64,000 bases of DNA from Eledone cirrhosa (GCA_964016885.1 OZ024742.1:307582001-307646000); one strand, 5' to 3'; positions 45,001 through 57,593 are shown, counted from the first letter of the stretch. Made by a program: numbers and translations. The notes: generated by a model from the letters alone, not told the origin.

Positions 45001-48000
45001 CAATATCTCTCAAGCAACATAGATGTTAGTTTACTACATGAGATAGGGTCACTAGGAGGTAGGGTAGATGTCATGTCAATATCTCTCAAGCAACATAGAT
45101 GTTAGTTTACTACATGAGATAGGGTCACATGGAGGTAGGGTAGATGTCATGTCAATATATTTTAAGCAACATAGATGTTAGTTTACTACATGAGATAGGG
45201 TCACTAGGAGCTAGGGTAGATGTCATGTCAATATATTTCAAACAACATAGATGTTAGTTTACTGCATGAGATAGGGTCACTAGGATGTAGGGTAGATGTC
45301 ATGTCAATATATTTCAAACAACATAGATGTTAGTTTACTACATGAGATAGGGTCACTGGGAGGTAGGGTAGATGTCATGTCAATATATTTCAAACAACAT
45401 AGATGTTAGTTTACTACATGAGATAGGTCACTAGAAGGTAGGGTAGATGTCATGTCAATATCACTCAAACAACATAGATGTTAGTTTACTACATGAGATA
45501 GGGTCACTAGGAGGTAGGGTAGATGTCATGTCAATATCTCTCAAACAACATAGATGTTAGTTTACTACATGAGATAGGGTCACTAGGAGGTAGGGTAGAT
45601 ATCATGTCACTATCTCTCAAACAACATAGATGTTAGTTTACTACATGAGATAGGGTCACTAGGAGGTAGGGTAGATGTCATGTCAATATCTCTCAAGCAA
45701 CATAGATGTTAGTTTACTACATGAGATAGGGTCACTGGGAGGTAGGGTAGATGTTATGTCAATATCTCTCAAGCAACATAGATGTTAGTTTACTACATGA
45801 GATAGGGTCACTAGGAGGTAGGGTAGATGTCATGTCAATATCTCTCAAGCAACATAGATGTTAGTTTACTACATGAGATAGGGTCACATGGAGGTAGGGT
45901 AGATGTCATGTCAATATATTTCAAACAACATAGATGTTAGTTTATTACATGAGATAGGGTCACTAGGAGGTAGGGTAGATGTCATGTCAATATATTTCAA
46001 GAAACATAGATGTTAGTTTACTACATGAGATAGTGTCACTACGAGGTAGGGTAGATGTCATGTCAATATCTCTCAAGCAACATAGATGTTAGTTTACTAC
46101 ATGAGATAGGGTCACTAGGAGGTAGGGTAGATGTCATGTCAATATATTTCAAGAAACATAGATGTTAGTTTACTACATGAGATAGGGTCACTACGAGGTA
46201 GGGTAGATGTCATGTCAATATATTTCAAGCGACATAGATGTTAGTTTACTACATGAGATAGGGTCACTAGGAGGTAGGGTAGATGTCATGTCAATATCTC
46301 TCAAGCAACATAGATGTTAGTTTACTACATGAGATAGGGTCACTAGGAGGTAGGGTAGATGTCATGTCTATATATTTCAAACGACATAGATGTTAGTTTA
46401 CTACATGAGATAGGGTCACTAGGAGGTAGGGTAGATGTCATGTCAATATATTTCAAGCGACATAGATGTTAGTTTACTACGTGAGATAGGGTCAATATGA
46501 GGTAGGGTAGATGTCATGTCAATATATTTCAAACAACATAGATGATAGGTTACTACATGAGATAGGGTCACTAGGAGGTAGGGTAGATGTCATGTCAATA
46601 TATTTCAAACAACATAGATGTTAGTTTACTACATGAGATAGGGTCACTAGGAGGTAGGGTAGATGTCATGTCAATATATTTCAAACAACATAGATGTTAG
46701 TTTACTACATGAGATAGGGTCACTAGGAGCTAGGGAAGATGTCATGTCAATATATTTCAAACAACATAGATGTTAGTTTACTACATGAGATAGGGTCACT
46801 AGGAGGTAGGGTAGATGTCATGTCAATATATTTCAAACAACATAGATGTTAGTTTACTACATGAGATAGGGTCACTAGGAGGTAGGGTAGATGTCATGTC
46901 AATATATTTCAAACAACATAGATGTTAATTTACTACATGAGATAGGGTCACTAGGAGGTAGGGTAGATGTCATGTCAATATCTCTCAAGCAACATAGATG
47001 TTATTTTACTACATGAGATAGGGTCACTATGAGGTAGGGTAGATGTCATGTCAATATATTTCAAATAACATAGATGTTAGTTTACTACATGAGATAGGGT
47101 CACTAGGAGGTAGGGTAGATGTCATGTCAATATATTTCAAACAACATAGATGTTAGATTACTACATGAGATAGGGTCACTAGGAGGTAGGGTAGATGTCA
47201 TGTCTATATATTTCAAGCGACATAGATGTTAGTTTACTACATGAGATAGGGTCACTAGGAGGTAGGGTAGATGTCATGTCAATATATTTCAAACAACATA
47301 GATGTTAGTTTACTACATGAGATAGGGTCACTGGGAGGTAGGGTAGATGTCATGTCAATATATTTCAAACAACATAGATGTTAGTTTACTACATGAGATA
47401 GGGCCACTAGGAGGTACGGTAGATGTCATGTCAATATATTTCAAACAACATAGATGTTAGTTTACTACATGAGATAGTGTCACTAGGAGGTAGGGTAGAT
47501 GTCATGTCAATATCTCTCAAGCAACATAGATGTTAGTTTACTACATGAGATAGGGTCACTAGGAGGTAGGGTAGATGTCATGTCAATATATTTCAAATAA
47601 CATAGATGTTAGTTTACTACATGAGATAGGGTCACTGGGAGGTAGGGTAGATGTCATGTCAATATCTCTCAAACAACATAGATGTTAGTTTACTACATGA
47701 GATAGGGTCACTAGGAGGTAGGGTAGATGTCATGTCAATATCTCTCAAACAACATAGATGTTAGTTTACTACATGAGATAGGCTCACTAGGAGGTAGGGT
47801 AGATGTCATGTCAATATATTTCAAACAACATAGATGTTAGTTTACTACATGAGATAGGGTCACTGGGAGGTAGGGTAGATGTCATGTCAATATATTTCAA
47901 GCAACATAGCTGTTAGTTTACTACATGAGATAGGGTCACTAGGAGGTAGGGTAGATGTCATGTCAATATATTTCAAGCAACATCGATGTTAGTTTACTAC

Positions 48001-48910
48001 ATGAGATAGGGTCACTAGAAGGTAGGGTAGATGTCATGTCAATATATTTCAAGCAACATAGCTGTTAGTTTACTACATGAGAGAGGGTAACTAGGAGGTA
48101 GGGTAGATGTCATGTCAATATCTCTCAAACAATATAGATGTTAGTTTACTACATGAGATAGGGTCACTAGGAGGTAGGGTAGATGTCATGTCAATATATT
48201 TCAAGCAAAATAGCTGTTAGTTTACTACATGAGATAGGGTCACTAGGAGGTAGGGTAGATGTCATGTCAATATATTTCAAGCAAAATAGCCGTTAGTTTA
48301 CTACATGAGAGAGGGTCACTAGGAGGTAGGGTAGATGTCATGTCAATATCTCTCAAACAACATAGATGTTAGTTTACTACATGAGATAGGGTCACTAGGA
48401 GGTAGGGTAGATGTCATGTCAATATATTTCAAGCAACATAGCTGTTAGTTTACTACATGAGAGAGGGTCACTAGGAGGTAGGGTAGATGTCATGTCAATA
48501 TCTCTCAAACAACATAGATGTTAGTTTACTACATGAGATAGGGTCAGTGGGAGGTAGGGTAGATGTCATGTCAATATATTTCAAACAACATAGATGTAAG
48601 TTTACTACATGAGATAGGGTCACTAGGAGGTAGGGTAGATGTCATGTCAATATCTCTCAAGCAACATATATGTTAGTTTACTACTTGAGGTAGGGTCACT
48701 AGGAGCTAGGGTAGATGTCATGTCAATTTCTCTCAAGCAACATAGATGTTAGTTTACTGCATGAGATAGAGTCACTAGGAGGTAGAGTAGATGTCATGTC
48801 AATATATTTCAAACAACATAGATGTTAGTTTACTGCATCAGATAAAGTCACTAGCAGACAGGGTATATATAATGTCGATATCTCTCCTCCAATAACGTAG
48901 ATGTTAGTTA
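1..48910. repeat. 76-bp tandem satellite array, ~640 copies, runs off the left edge of the window
   Basis: Monomer AACAACATAGATGTTAGTTTACTACATGAGATAGGGTCACTAGGAGGTAGGGTAGATGTCATGTCAATATATTTCA repeats head-to-tail with a few substitutions per copy and rare 1-bp or 5-bp deletions. The ORF track is empty across it. The last ~3 monomers (48660-48910) are degenerate. Confidence 0.99.
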
Positions 48911-49063
48911 ATTCGTATCTTAGTTGTGGCTTTATATGAGGTGTTATTCTACATACCCTACCACTCAACAAGAAGATTTGTTAATAATTGAGTGTATAAG
49001 CAATTCGGAATTGGGGTGCCAAACTAACAAGTAATTGATGGAAAGCGTAGCTATACACGCGAG

Positions 49064-49145
49064 AAAGCGCACAGACACACACTCATGTATATTCACTGAC
49101 ACACACAAACACATAAATGCACATAGACGCACACATACCCACATA
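49064..49145. repeat. degenerate (CA)n-rich microsatellite
   Basis: Interrupted ACAC/GCAC/ACAT runs. Confidence 0.7.
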
Positions 49146-49778
49146 TAATTTGACGAGATCAAATGTTGTCATGAATCTTATGCCATAGAGAATGAAACAA
49201 GGAAGTCATTTGTTTTCAGTATAATCAGCAAGCTAACTAATAGTGAATGGAATTACAAATATCGATTATTTCGCAGAAAACATTAGTTCCAGACATTAGG
49301 TTGCAATTCGTTAATGGAAGCTAAGAATAGATCAACTAAGTGTTTTTATTCCTTGACCACAGATATAAGTCAATTTTCTTCGAAGTTCGAAGCATAACAA
49401 AGGATTTTACCTAATTGTAAAACTTATCGCTATACGTTACAGTAATTCTCCAAAGATAATATCAACATAACGTTATAAACGGTAAGTTGGAACAATTGTA
49501 ATATTTCCTATTGAACGCATTACTCTATATTAGCGTCGTTGCTCTGTCTTTTCCGATTTTAAATTCCTCTGAGACAAATTTGCCTGTTACCTTTTCTTTG
49601 TAAATGAAATAAACCATTAATATTTGGAGGTTATCAAAACCTACTATACTATTTCACTATAAATCTTATACGTTTGTAAGTTAAGTTCACAATGCAGATG
49701 TATACCATCCCTTTGAGTTTCTCTAAAAAAATGTTCCTAAGCCCAGCAACATTGAAGCCCTATTACAATATACTGAAG

Positions 49779-49998
49779 GGCGGTAGATTGGCAGAATTAT
49801 TAGAGTGTAGGATAATATGCAAGTGCGGTATTTGTTCTGGCTCTTTACATCCTGAATTCATATCCCGTCGAGGTCAACTTTGCCTTTTATCCTACTGGGA
49901 TCGATAAAATAACGTACCAGTCAAGTACAGGGTTTGATTTAATCAACTTTTCCCGTCTCCCAAATTTGCTGATCTTGTGCCTTAATTAGAAATCAATA
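49779..49998 (+). mobile_element. tRNA-derived SINE, octopus-type family, diverged full-length copy
   Basis: GGCGGTAGATTGGCAGAA head (A-box like), GAATTCATATCCC B-box remnant, body GAGGTCAACTTTGCCTTTTATCC..GATAAAATAACGTACCAG, tail CTTGTGCCT..TAGAAA. Homologous to copies at 50096, 53174, 55361 and 63239. Confidence 0.85.
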
Positions 49999-50095
49999 TT
50001 ACTATACACAGATGAGCATCTTAGAATAAATATATTTTAACCAGATCAAGAGAACTAGGTTTCGTTATATATGTTAGCAATTACACTAATTCTAA

Positions 50096-50255
50096 GGTGG
50101 TGAATTGGCAGAGCCTTTACAACGTCGGATAGAATGTTTTGTGATATACGGTCCGGCTCTCTGCTCTCTGAGTTCAAATTCCGACGAGGTCAACTTTGTA
50201 TTTCATCCTTTCGAGGTTGATAAAAATGTATCACTCTAGTACTGAGATCGATTCG
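50096..50255 (+). mobile_element. tRNA-derived SINE, same family, 3'-truncated
   Basis: GGTGGTGAATTGGCAGA..GAGTTCAAATTCCGACGAGGTCAACTTTGTATTTCATCCTTTCGAGGTTGATAAA. Confidence 0.85.
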
Positions 50256-50540
50256 TCCTCTATATCTCTTTCTCAGTTCCTTTCTCTCACTTTCTATCCT
50301 TCTCTGGAAAAAATCTGCTGTACTCAGTCCTGGAATTACGGGAACATACCATACCATTACAACAATCCTATATAAGTGATATCGTTTTCTTTTCAACATA
50401 TGTGAAAGATATAAAAACAAAATAAATTAAAAAGAATTATTAAAAAAATAGCTACTGACCTCATAGCCTTAAAAAAATAGTACACAACTGTAGAATAAAT
50501 GCTTTTCCTTGTTTGTCATTTCGTTTTCCTCTCATAAAAT

Positions 50541-50740
50541 GGTTATAGGAGTTAGGTTGCTGGGCTCATGGTTGTTGGTTCATGAGTTCGATTCCTCGAC
50601 TGGATGGCGGATTGTGTCTTTGAGTTCAAATTTACTTTACTTTACATAACTTCAGTTAACTCAACTGGCACAAATTAAATGTACCTGTAATGCAAAATGC
50701 CAGCCCAGTCGCAACTTTTGTCGCACTGGATCTCTCCATG
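50541..50740 (+). mobile_element. diverged tRNA-derived SINE, CORE-like second family
   Basis: B-box GAGTTCGATTCC followed by TTGTGTCTTTGAG, which resembles the CORE motif GTGTCCTTGAGCAAG. Boundaries are approximate. Confidence 0.55.
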
Positions 50741-51755
50741 CCCATCCACTTACAGTTTAATTTCATGAGCAGGTAGTTCCATTGTTTGAATCAGCTGGAG
50801 TACACTGCATCGGAAACAAAAGTGGTTAAACACAAACATTCTTCTCAACATAATATTCTCGCATTTTAATATGTTGACCTAAACTATATACAAGAAGAAA
50901 TTGACGTCAAGCATTTGTATGGTTTAGCTGCTAAACATTTCCTAGTATGAAGGAACCATTTCTCTCAAAGATAAGCACAAATTGAAGCCTTAATACTTTA
51001 CTTTGAGGTTTTAGATAAATTGTTTCCAAACATGTTTACGTCGCCGTACGGTGATAGTCACTGCATTTGCTATGACATTTATCCAGCTCAGTATCAATGA
51101 AATTTACTAATACTTCGTATAAGCTAAATTTATCTTGAGGAGACTTTGGTTCTGAGACGCATGATGTTTACTCATGAATTGTTTTTCGAACAATTTTATT
51201 TCAAGTCAACATATGTAAAATGTATCTACGGCAACTTCCAAAATAACAGACATTGTATAATGTATATAACTTCTAGAAACGTTCAAAATTATGTTAAACT
51301 TATCAAATGAAGAAAATCAGTACAGTGGTATTTGTAGATATCTATTCCTTACAAACCTATATATATATTCATATTTTACATATAGCCTGAATTGCGAGAC
51401 ACTGAGTTCATTAAGTGTCAACTTGAGATCACGACGATTTCAGAACTTTCTCAGTTTCACTCACTCTTGTGGTGCTGTCGGCCGTAAATGTCTTCAGAGA
51501 ACATCTAGGTTCTTTTGGCCCACATCGTTGCATGTTCTCTTCTTTCCTGATATCGGATGGCGATACGATAGCGGAACATTTCCTACAACTTTCGGGGGCA
51601 TTGAAATATTTATTAAAGTATATGTGCTCCAAACAATAATGGAAACAGGCTAGCGGAATTTGCTTGCTGCTCTTTCCTTCACATTCTACAAATGCTCGAC
51701 ACAAGTTATTAAGTGTCGTGTAGGTGTTGCGGTTTATTTTCAGTGTATGAGCAAA

Positions 51756-51912
51756 GGTGCGGTTGCGTGGTTAAGAAGTTCGATTCGAAACTATGTTGTG
51801 CCGGTTTTTATCCCACTAGGTAGTACAATTGGCATGTATCAGCTGACTTAAATTCCAGTCAACCAAGTCTAGCGAGTAATGGTATTGTTGATGGAAACTG
51901 TGCTGAAGCCCA
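51756..51912 (+). mobile_element. diverged tRNA-derived SINE, third family
   Basis: GCGTGGTTAAGAAGTT..CCGGTTTTTATCCCACT head and GATGGAAACTG..GAAGCCC tail, recalled as a common octopus SINE layout. Confidence 0.6.
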
Positions 51913-53173
51913 CCCCTAGTTTAGTACCAATATCTCCCCGCTGAATACATTAAGGACGCCTATTCTGTTACAAGCATTGGGACAAAGTTCCAAGTCTGGA
52001 GATCATTTCATTTCATCCTCCCACCAATCCCAGAAACTCGGAAATGTGTCATAGAACCAGTCTTCTTTCCTCTTCTTGCTTGGCCACAATAAATCTTGGC
52101 ACTCAATGTGCAGAGGTCAGAAGAAAGTAAGTTACTGTCTTCAAAGCTTGAATTCTTCGCTCAGATGGGTGACTACGCCTTTAATCCCTATAGGTCAATA
52201 CGCAATGTCGTTTGATAACCTCATCTTGTATTCTCTTCCTGGCTCTATGTGATATTAGGTGTCCAAGAAATATTGTCCATATACAACTGAAGATTGTTTT
52301 GTAAAATTGTTTTCATAGAATCAATGGGAATGATATACTGAGTCTGAAGTGGATTCTTTTGTGTGTTGGAAGATTGATTTATTAGTTTGTTTTGTTAACA
52401 TCGTCGCTGAGAAAACGGTATATCACTCCAGTTTAATCTTACCTAAATCCCTACCGAAATGATGTCTTAATTGGTGTAACGCCGACCCAGTGCAAGATAT
52501 CCTAAGTCGAAGTTGTTTTGTTCAAAGCTGGAAACAGAATGAGCTTCTGAAATATTTGTTAAGTATCGCGAAATATTTTCATAGAACATAAGATTTGATC
52601 AACAACTATGTATATATAAATACATTCTATAAATTGCTGTCTACCTTTCACTACTTATTTTAGATAGTTTTCCTTGTTTATTTTTGTTTTGGTGAAGCGA
52701 TTAAACATTTTTGTTTTCCACATTCATATTACTACGAATCAATATAATTACAGTTTTCAATAACATGAAATATAATATACAAAATACATACAAAATATCA
52801 AATCGACTCAACATAAAATTATAGGGAAATGGTATATATTTTCCCAGCTTTTCTTTTCCTCAGATGCAACAAAAATAAGTATGTGCAGAATAAATATAGA
52901 ACTATCAGGAAAATTTATCACAAACAATTCAACAATTGTATTGTATATAGAAGACTGAATAAAAACAACTAGCAGTTGTCAAAATGAAATTAATGATTAT
53001 TTAGAAATACATTTATCTAAGAATGTATGGTATTAGCATTTAAAGAAACTTCGTCTGATATATTTTGTTTACTTGAATTGCTGTGAAGGTGTTGTTTAAA
53101 ATAACTGTATCACTTATATATTATAAAGACATAAAGTTGTGGTTCTAGTAGCAGTAAAAATACGTAATATCAG

Positions 53174-53250
53174 ATAACTGTTTCTACTTTAGGCACAAGG
53201 CCAGCAATTACCCAGTGCATTACTGGTACTTTATTTTATCGACCCCGTAA
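53174..53250 (-). mobile_element. 3' fragment of the octopus-type SINE
   Basis: TTCTACTTTAGGCACAAGGCCAGCAATTAC..ACTGGTACTTTATTTTATCGACCCCGTAA, near-identical to 63241-63298. Confidence 0.85.
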
Positions 53251-53300
53251 TTAACATTATTAACACGAGCACTAAAGGGCATAATGTTTCAAAGAAGCGA

Positions 53301-53475
53301 TTTATTATTATTTTTAAAGTCCCAACAAGGCGTGAAGCCACTAAGTGTAAGTGACTATGAAGGAGAAATTAAGACGAAAGGAATGAATTTACTTTAGACT
53401 TGAAAGAGTTCAGGTCATAAGAAGGGGGAAAACAATGAGATGGAAAGAATTCCAGAGTCTGGCAGTTAGTTCCTT
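53301..53475 (-). mobile_element. 3' end of a CR1/L2-group non-LTR retrotransposon, decayed
   Basis: Minus strand reads TARLWNSFHL..VFPPSYDLNSFKSKVN, typical of the ORF2 C-terminus in L2/Crack/Daphne-like LINEs. It is followed by a short UTR (TAGTGGCT..GCCTTG) and a (TAA)n tail. Confidence 0.7.
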
Positions 53476-54214
53476 ATTCGTGGAACCAAATCAGATGAAG
53501 ACTCTGTGAGTTTCGAGTTTCGATTCTCGATTGAAGTCACTTTAGCTGAAATTTACCTGCTAGTAGTAGGAAGGTTGCTGATATAACTTCTTGTTAGCCG
53601 CCGCTATATTTCGAACATTGCTGTTATAACACTATCGGCAAATTTACTAATGACATTGGCACTGATACTGGATTTGGCAGTTCACTTGTCAACAATCTCT
53701 CGTCGATATCTCGCTTCTTAACTGCTATCATACCCAAAGGTTCATAAACAAATTTCAAACAGAATATCAAGGATTTTATGGATGTTAATTCTAAACTATC
53801 AATGGCGTGGGGGATTTGAATACCTATCCTCACTCCGGGTTACCCTCCAAAGCATCAGTCATCAATTAGCGATCCAACATATCAAAGTACTCCGAACATG
53901 CAATGCAAGTCCGTGGAGAATGATTTAAAATAATAACAACTGCACAAACAAGAATTAGAGTACTGCGTGTGATAGAGAACACGAAATACCTAAAAGAACA
54001 TACCAGACCTCACAAAACTAAAGGCATTCTAACGATTAACTCTTCCCAGGTTTACACGATACAGTACCAATTTAACATGAAATTACGCAGTAGACTTTCT
54101 ATACAACAAGTATCCTGCACAATAATCGCTCAATACAATAATATAAAGCATACTCAACAGAAAATGTATTTGCGAACTCGTTACTCTTTCTGGAGTATTT
54201 GGAATGGCGTCATA

Positions 54215-54340
54215 ATATTTTCCCAGTTGAATGGACTGGGACAACCTGGAATAAAGTTCATGCTCAAGGATACTATGTGCCGATGGGGATAGATCTCTTG
54301 ATCATAAAACCTTCAGCCGAATCTACTAAACATATCCTTC
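54215..54340 (-). mobile_element. diverged CORE-like SINE remnant
   Basis: AAGTTCATGCTCAAGGATAC..GGGGATAGATCTC resembles the reverse complement of B-box plus CORE (AAGTGTCTTGCTCAAGGACAC..GGGATCGAACTC). Confidence 0.5.
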
Positions 54341-54367
54341 ATTATGTTTGATTACAGCCAATTTCGC

Positions 54368-54370
<3 letters not shown>

Positions 54371-54443
<73 letters not shown>
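54371..54443. repeat. compound (CT)n(AT)n microsatellite
   Basis: Seen directly. Confidence 0.98.
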
Positions 54444-54446
<3 letters not shown>

Positions 54447-55022
54447 AATTAATATATCTACCGACATATGTATACAGATACATATCTACGCTAGCAGATA
54501 TAATTGTTCTGCATTCCCCTGCATAGAACTACAACGTTACTAAGACAAAACATATATATCTGCTAGCGTAGGTATGCATCTGTATACATATGTCGGTAGA
54601 TATATTAATTCTTTATATTCTTCTCCAAATTATTTGTTGTGTAAAATTTGCCAAATTACTACTGTGACTGATAGTAGTGGCTAGGCTCTGTCTTAATATC
54701 ACCCCACTTCAAGCTGGTTAACCTCAGTGTCACGTGATTAATTCTTTTAAATTTGCCACTTGACCAAGGAGGCAGCGAATTTTTCAGTGCTTAGAATCTA
54801 GCCCCGCTCGATTTTTTCGCTTTTTTCCATCCACTGAATTATTGTTATATAGGCTTCCAGTGTCCCCGCATTGCCTGGTGGCTTAGCTGAGAATAGACTC
54901 CCTGATGACGTAAGGTTTCTCTACAGGTATTACATAACTGTATTTATCCCCTTACAGAAACTAATTAGTTGGAGTGAAATTTTAGTAAGTAAGTCAATTT
55001 TCATAACTTTCTTATTTACGTC

Positions 55023-55026
<4 letters not shown>
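54441..55026 (+). mobile_element. E1: non-coding or 5'-truncated PLE derivative with inverted 5' end and a hammerhead, flanked by (TA)n
   Basis: 62-bp inverted arms 54441-54502 / 54555-54616 (2 mismatches, 52-nt loop), hammerhead at 54897-54975, (TA)n on both sides. Same layout as the coding PLE at 59198-62440. Confidence 0.75.
54897..54975 (+). ncRNA. type I hammerhead ribozyme motif with extended stem II
   Basis: ACTCC-CTGATGA-[C GTAAGG..CCTTAC A, 48 nt]-GAAA-CTAATTAG (palindrome)-TT|GGAGT. Stem I is ACTCC/GGAGT; predicted GUU cleavage after 54970. Confidence 0.8.
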
Positions 55027-55063
<37 letters not shown>

Positions 55064-55064
<1 letters not shown>

Positions 55065-55287
55065 CAAAGAAATTGTGGTAAGGAACCAGATGGACCATAA
55101 CGGACCAGAGTACTCAATACTTAGGGTAGTAGAGTGGGAAATAGGAAAAAGTATGACCTGGACGGCAGAGCTCAAGCCGTTTCGACGGCTATTTCTGGAC
55201 TACAGTGGGCGAAATTGGCTGTAATTAGTCCAGAAATAGCCGTCGAAGCGGCTTGAGCTCTGCCGTCGGGGTCATACTTTTTCCTAT
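55064..55287 (-). mobile_element. E2: short fold-back element between (TA)n tracts, carrying the 3' half of a hammerhead
   Basis: 62-bp inverted arms 55141-55202 / 55226-55287 with a 23-nt loop. Minus strand has C-GAAA-CGGC-TTGAGCTCT-GCCG-TC (stem III plus GUC) but no CUGANGA. Confidence 0.7.
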
Positions 55288-55360
55288 ATATATATATATA
55301 TATATATATGGAGACGTATGTGAGGAAGAGAGAACAAGTTAGAAAAATATGCAGTTAAAG

Positions 55361-55506
55361 AATCAATCCCAGTACTGGTTTGTTACTTTTTTATTGACCT
55401 CGTAAACGTAAAAAGCAAAGTTGACTGCAGCGGGGTTTGAACACAAATATTCGAGCCATACGAAGGATTCTATCTGACGTTTTAACTTCTCTACCAATTA
55501 GCAACC
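55361..55506 (-). mobile_element. diverged copy of the octopus-type SINE
   Basis: CCCAGTACTGGT..TTTTATTGACCTCG..GCAAAGTTGAC..GGGGTTTGAAC aligns to the 63239-63422 copy. Confidence 0.7.
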
Positions 55507-55518
55507 AAACTCTACAGA

Positions 55519-55703
55519 ACTACACAAAACTTGTCCATTACACAATCATCATAAATAATATAACACTACACAGAATTTATCCACTACCCAATCACAACTC
55601 GGTAATATAACACTGCACAGAAGTTATCCATTACACAATCTTCACTAAATTATATGACACTAAAGAGAACTCATCCATTACACAATCACCAGTAAATATA
55701 ACA
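55519..55703. repeat. degenerate ~46-47-bp minisatellite, about 4 copies
   Basis: Unit ACTACACAGAAnTTATCCATTACACAATCnnCAnTAAATAATATAAC starting near 55519, 55565, 55612 and 55659. Confidence 0.8.
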
Positions 55704-56420
55704 ATGCTTACAGATTACATAATCTTGGCAATCATTACCACATAAAATAACAGCACAATTTCCCACATAAAAAAGACACTCAATATTACAACATATTCCA
55801 CATACAATAACAAACACATAAAACATATATTCTGGACAAGCTGCGCTTAGTATATATATATAATACAAGGCACAGCACATACAAATCTACAAAATAACAT
55901 CCTGACAGTGTTGGTGTTGTGGTGTTGGGTCCCACCGTTTCCCTTGTGTACTAGAGTCTATTTGCTTGAATATAGAACTGCACTACAAAATATACAACAT
56001 TTTAGAGTGAGTAATTTTAAGCAAGGGTAAAATATATGATATGTAATTGCAAACTAGATTATTTTGAAAGAAATGGAATTAAAGTATGGAAATTGTTTAC
56101 ATGATGGTTCTAATTATGAGGCAATGATCCTAATAAAACTTAATTAATTAATGAGCAATACAAATACAGTATTTAACAAGTATAAGATAAAATATATGTG
56201 TTTGTGTGTGTGTGTGTTGATTTGCTCAATATTGGGAGTAAAGCCTCACTGCTTAAGGGCTAGTCTTTTTCATGATCCCAGCGGATAGAATGGTGAGGGA
56301 AATGCGCTGGGACAGCTACTCCGGCTTGCGAGGTATCCAACTCCACCTCAATAGCTGTATGTAAGGATGTTGGGTGTGCATCCTAAAAATCCGTTTATAT
56401 CAGCACGCTACATTCCATAC

Positions 56421-56439
56421 AGAGAGAGGGAGAGACGGC

Positions 56440-56471
<32 letters not shown>

Positions 56472-56516
56472 CAGACACAGAGAGACAAACACAAACACGC
56501 ACATACACAATTTAAC

Positions 56517-56574
<58 letters not shown>
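56421..56574. repeat. (GA)n, (CA)n and (TA)n microsatellite run
   Basis: Seen directly. Confidence 0.95.
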
Positions 56575-56577
<3 letters not shown>

Positions 56578-56939
56578 GAAAGGTATAGAAAGTATTGTAG
56601 TAAGAAGCCAACAGTATTCCAAAAAGAATTAGGATATAGATTTATCCAACAGAATTTAGTGAAATCCAGGGAGAAATCAATAGAGCCTTACCTCATGATA
56701 AAATAAAGTTTAAAATACTTATCCCTCAATTTGGGACAACTACAAATGCTCTGTATATATATATATGGGAAGAGATATATTTGATATATCTCATATGAAA
56801 TCATACAGCCAATTTTCCACACAATACAATTAGTTAGCACCCCGAACGTTTAATTAGGAATATACTCAGGTATTTCCTAATGTTTGTTGAGTGAGTTGGA
56901 ATTTGGCCGGAGTATCGCTATTAGCTTTCTCCGATTATG

Positions 56940-57399
<460 letters not shown>

Positions 57400-57531
57400 C
57401 AATGAGTTATGTAATTTGTTGGTTATTTAACAAAATTAGTTTATAACAGATTAGAAGCACTCTACAATATTCCTCTGGAGTATAATATCAAAAGTATTAA
57501 TAAATGGAAACTATCTTTATAAAATCATATT

Positions 57532-57593
57532 TATTTTATTATATATATTTCAAGGGTACCAACACTTTTGGTACGATCTCATCAGATAAAATA
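57532..57593 (-). ncRNA. minimal type I hammerhead ribozyme, intact core
   Basis: Minus strand: TATTTTAT-CTGATGA-GATCGTACCAAAAGTGTTGGTACCCTT-GAAA-TATATA-TA|ATAAAATA. Confidence 0.85.

Noticed and set aside
1-48910. CRISPR array, coding repeat or ribozyme-bearing satellite
   Set aside because: There are no unique spacers and no ORFs, and neither strand of the monomer contains a CUGANGA core.
49779-51830. tRNA genes
   Set aside because: A/B-box-like motifs belong to SINE heads, and no cloverleaf can be drawn.
52250-52560. Tc1/mariner remnant (TATTAGGTGTCC and a faint YSPDLNP-like stretch)
   Set aside because: There is no second TIR and no translatable motif, so it is too decayed to support.
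55141-55202. Complete hammerhead in E2
   Set aside because: GAAA, stem III and GUC are present on the minus strand, but the CUGANGA strand is missing, so it is reported only as a half motif.
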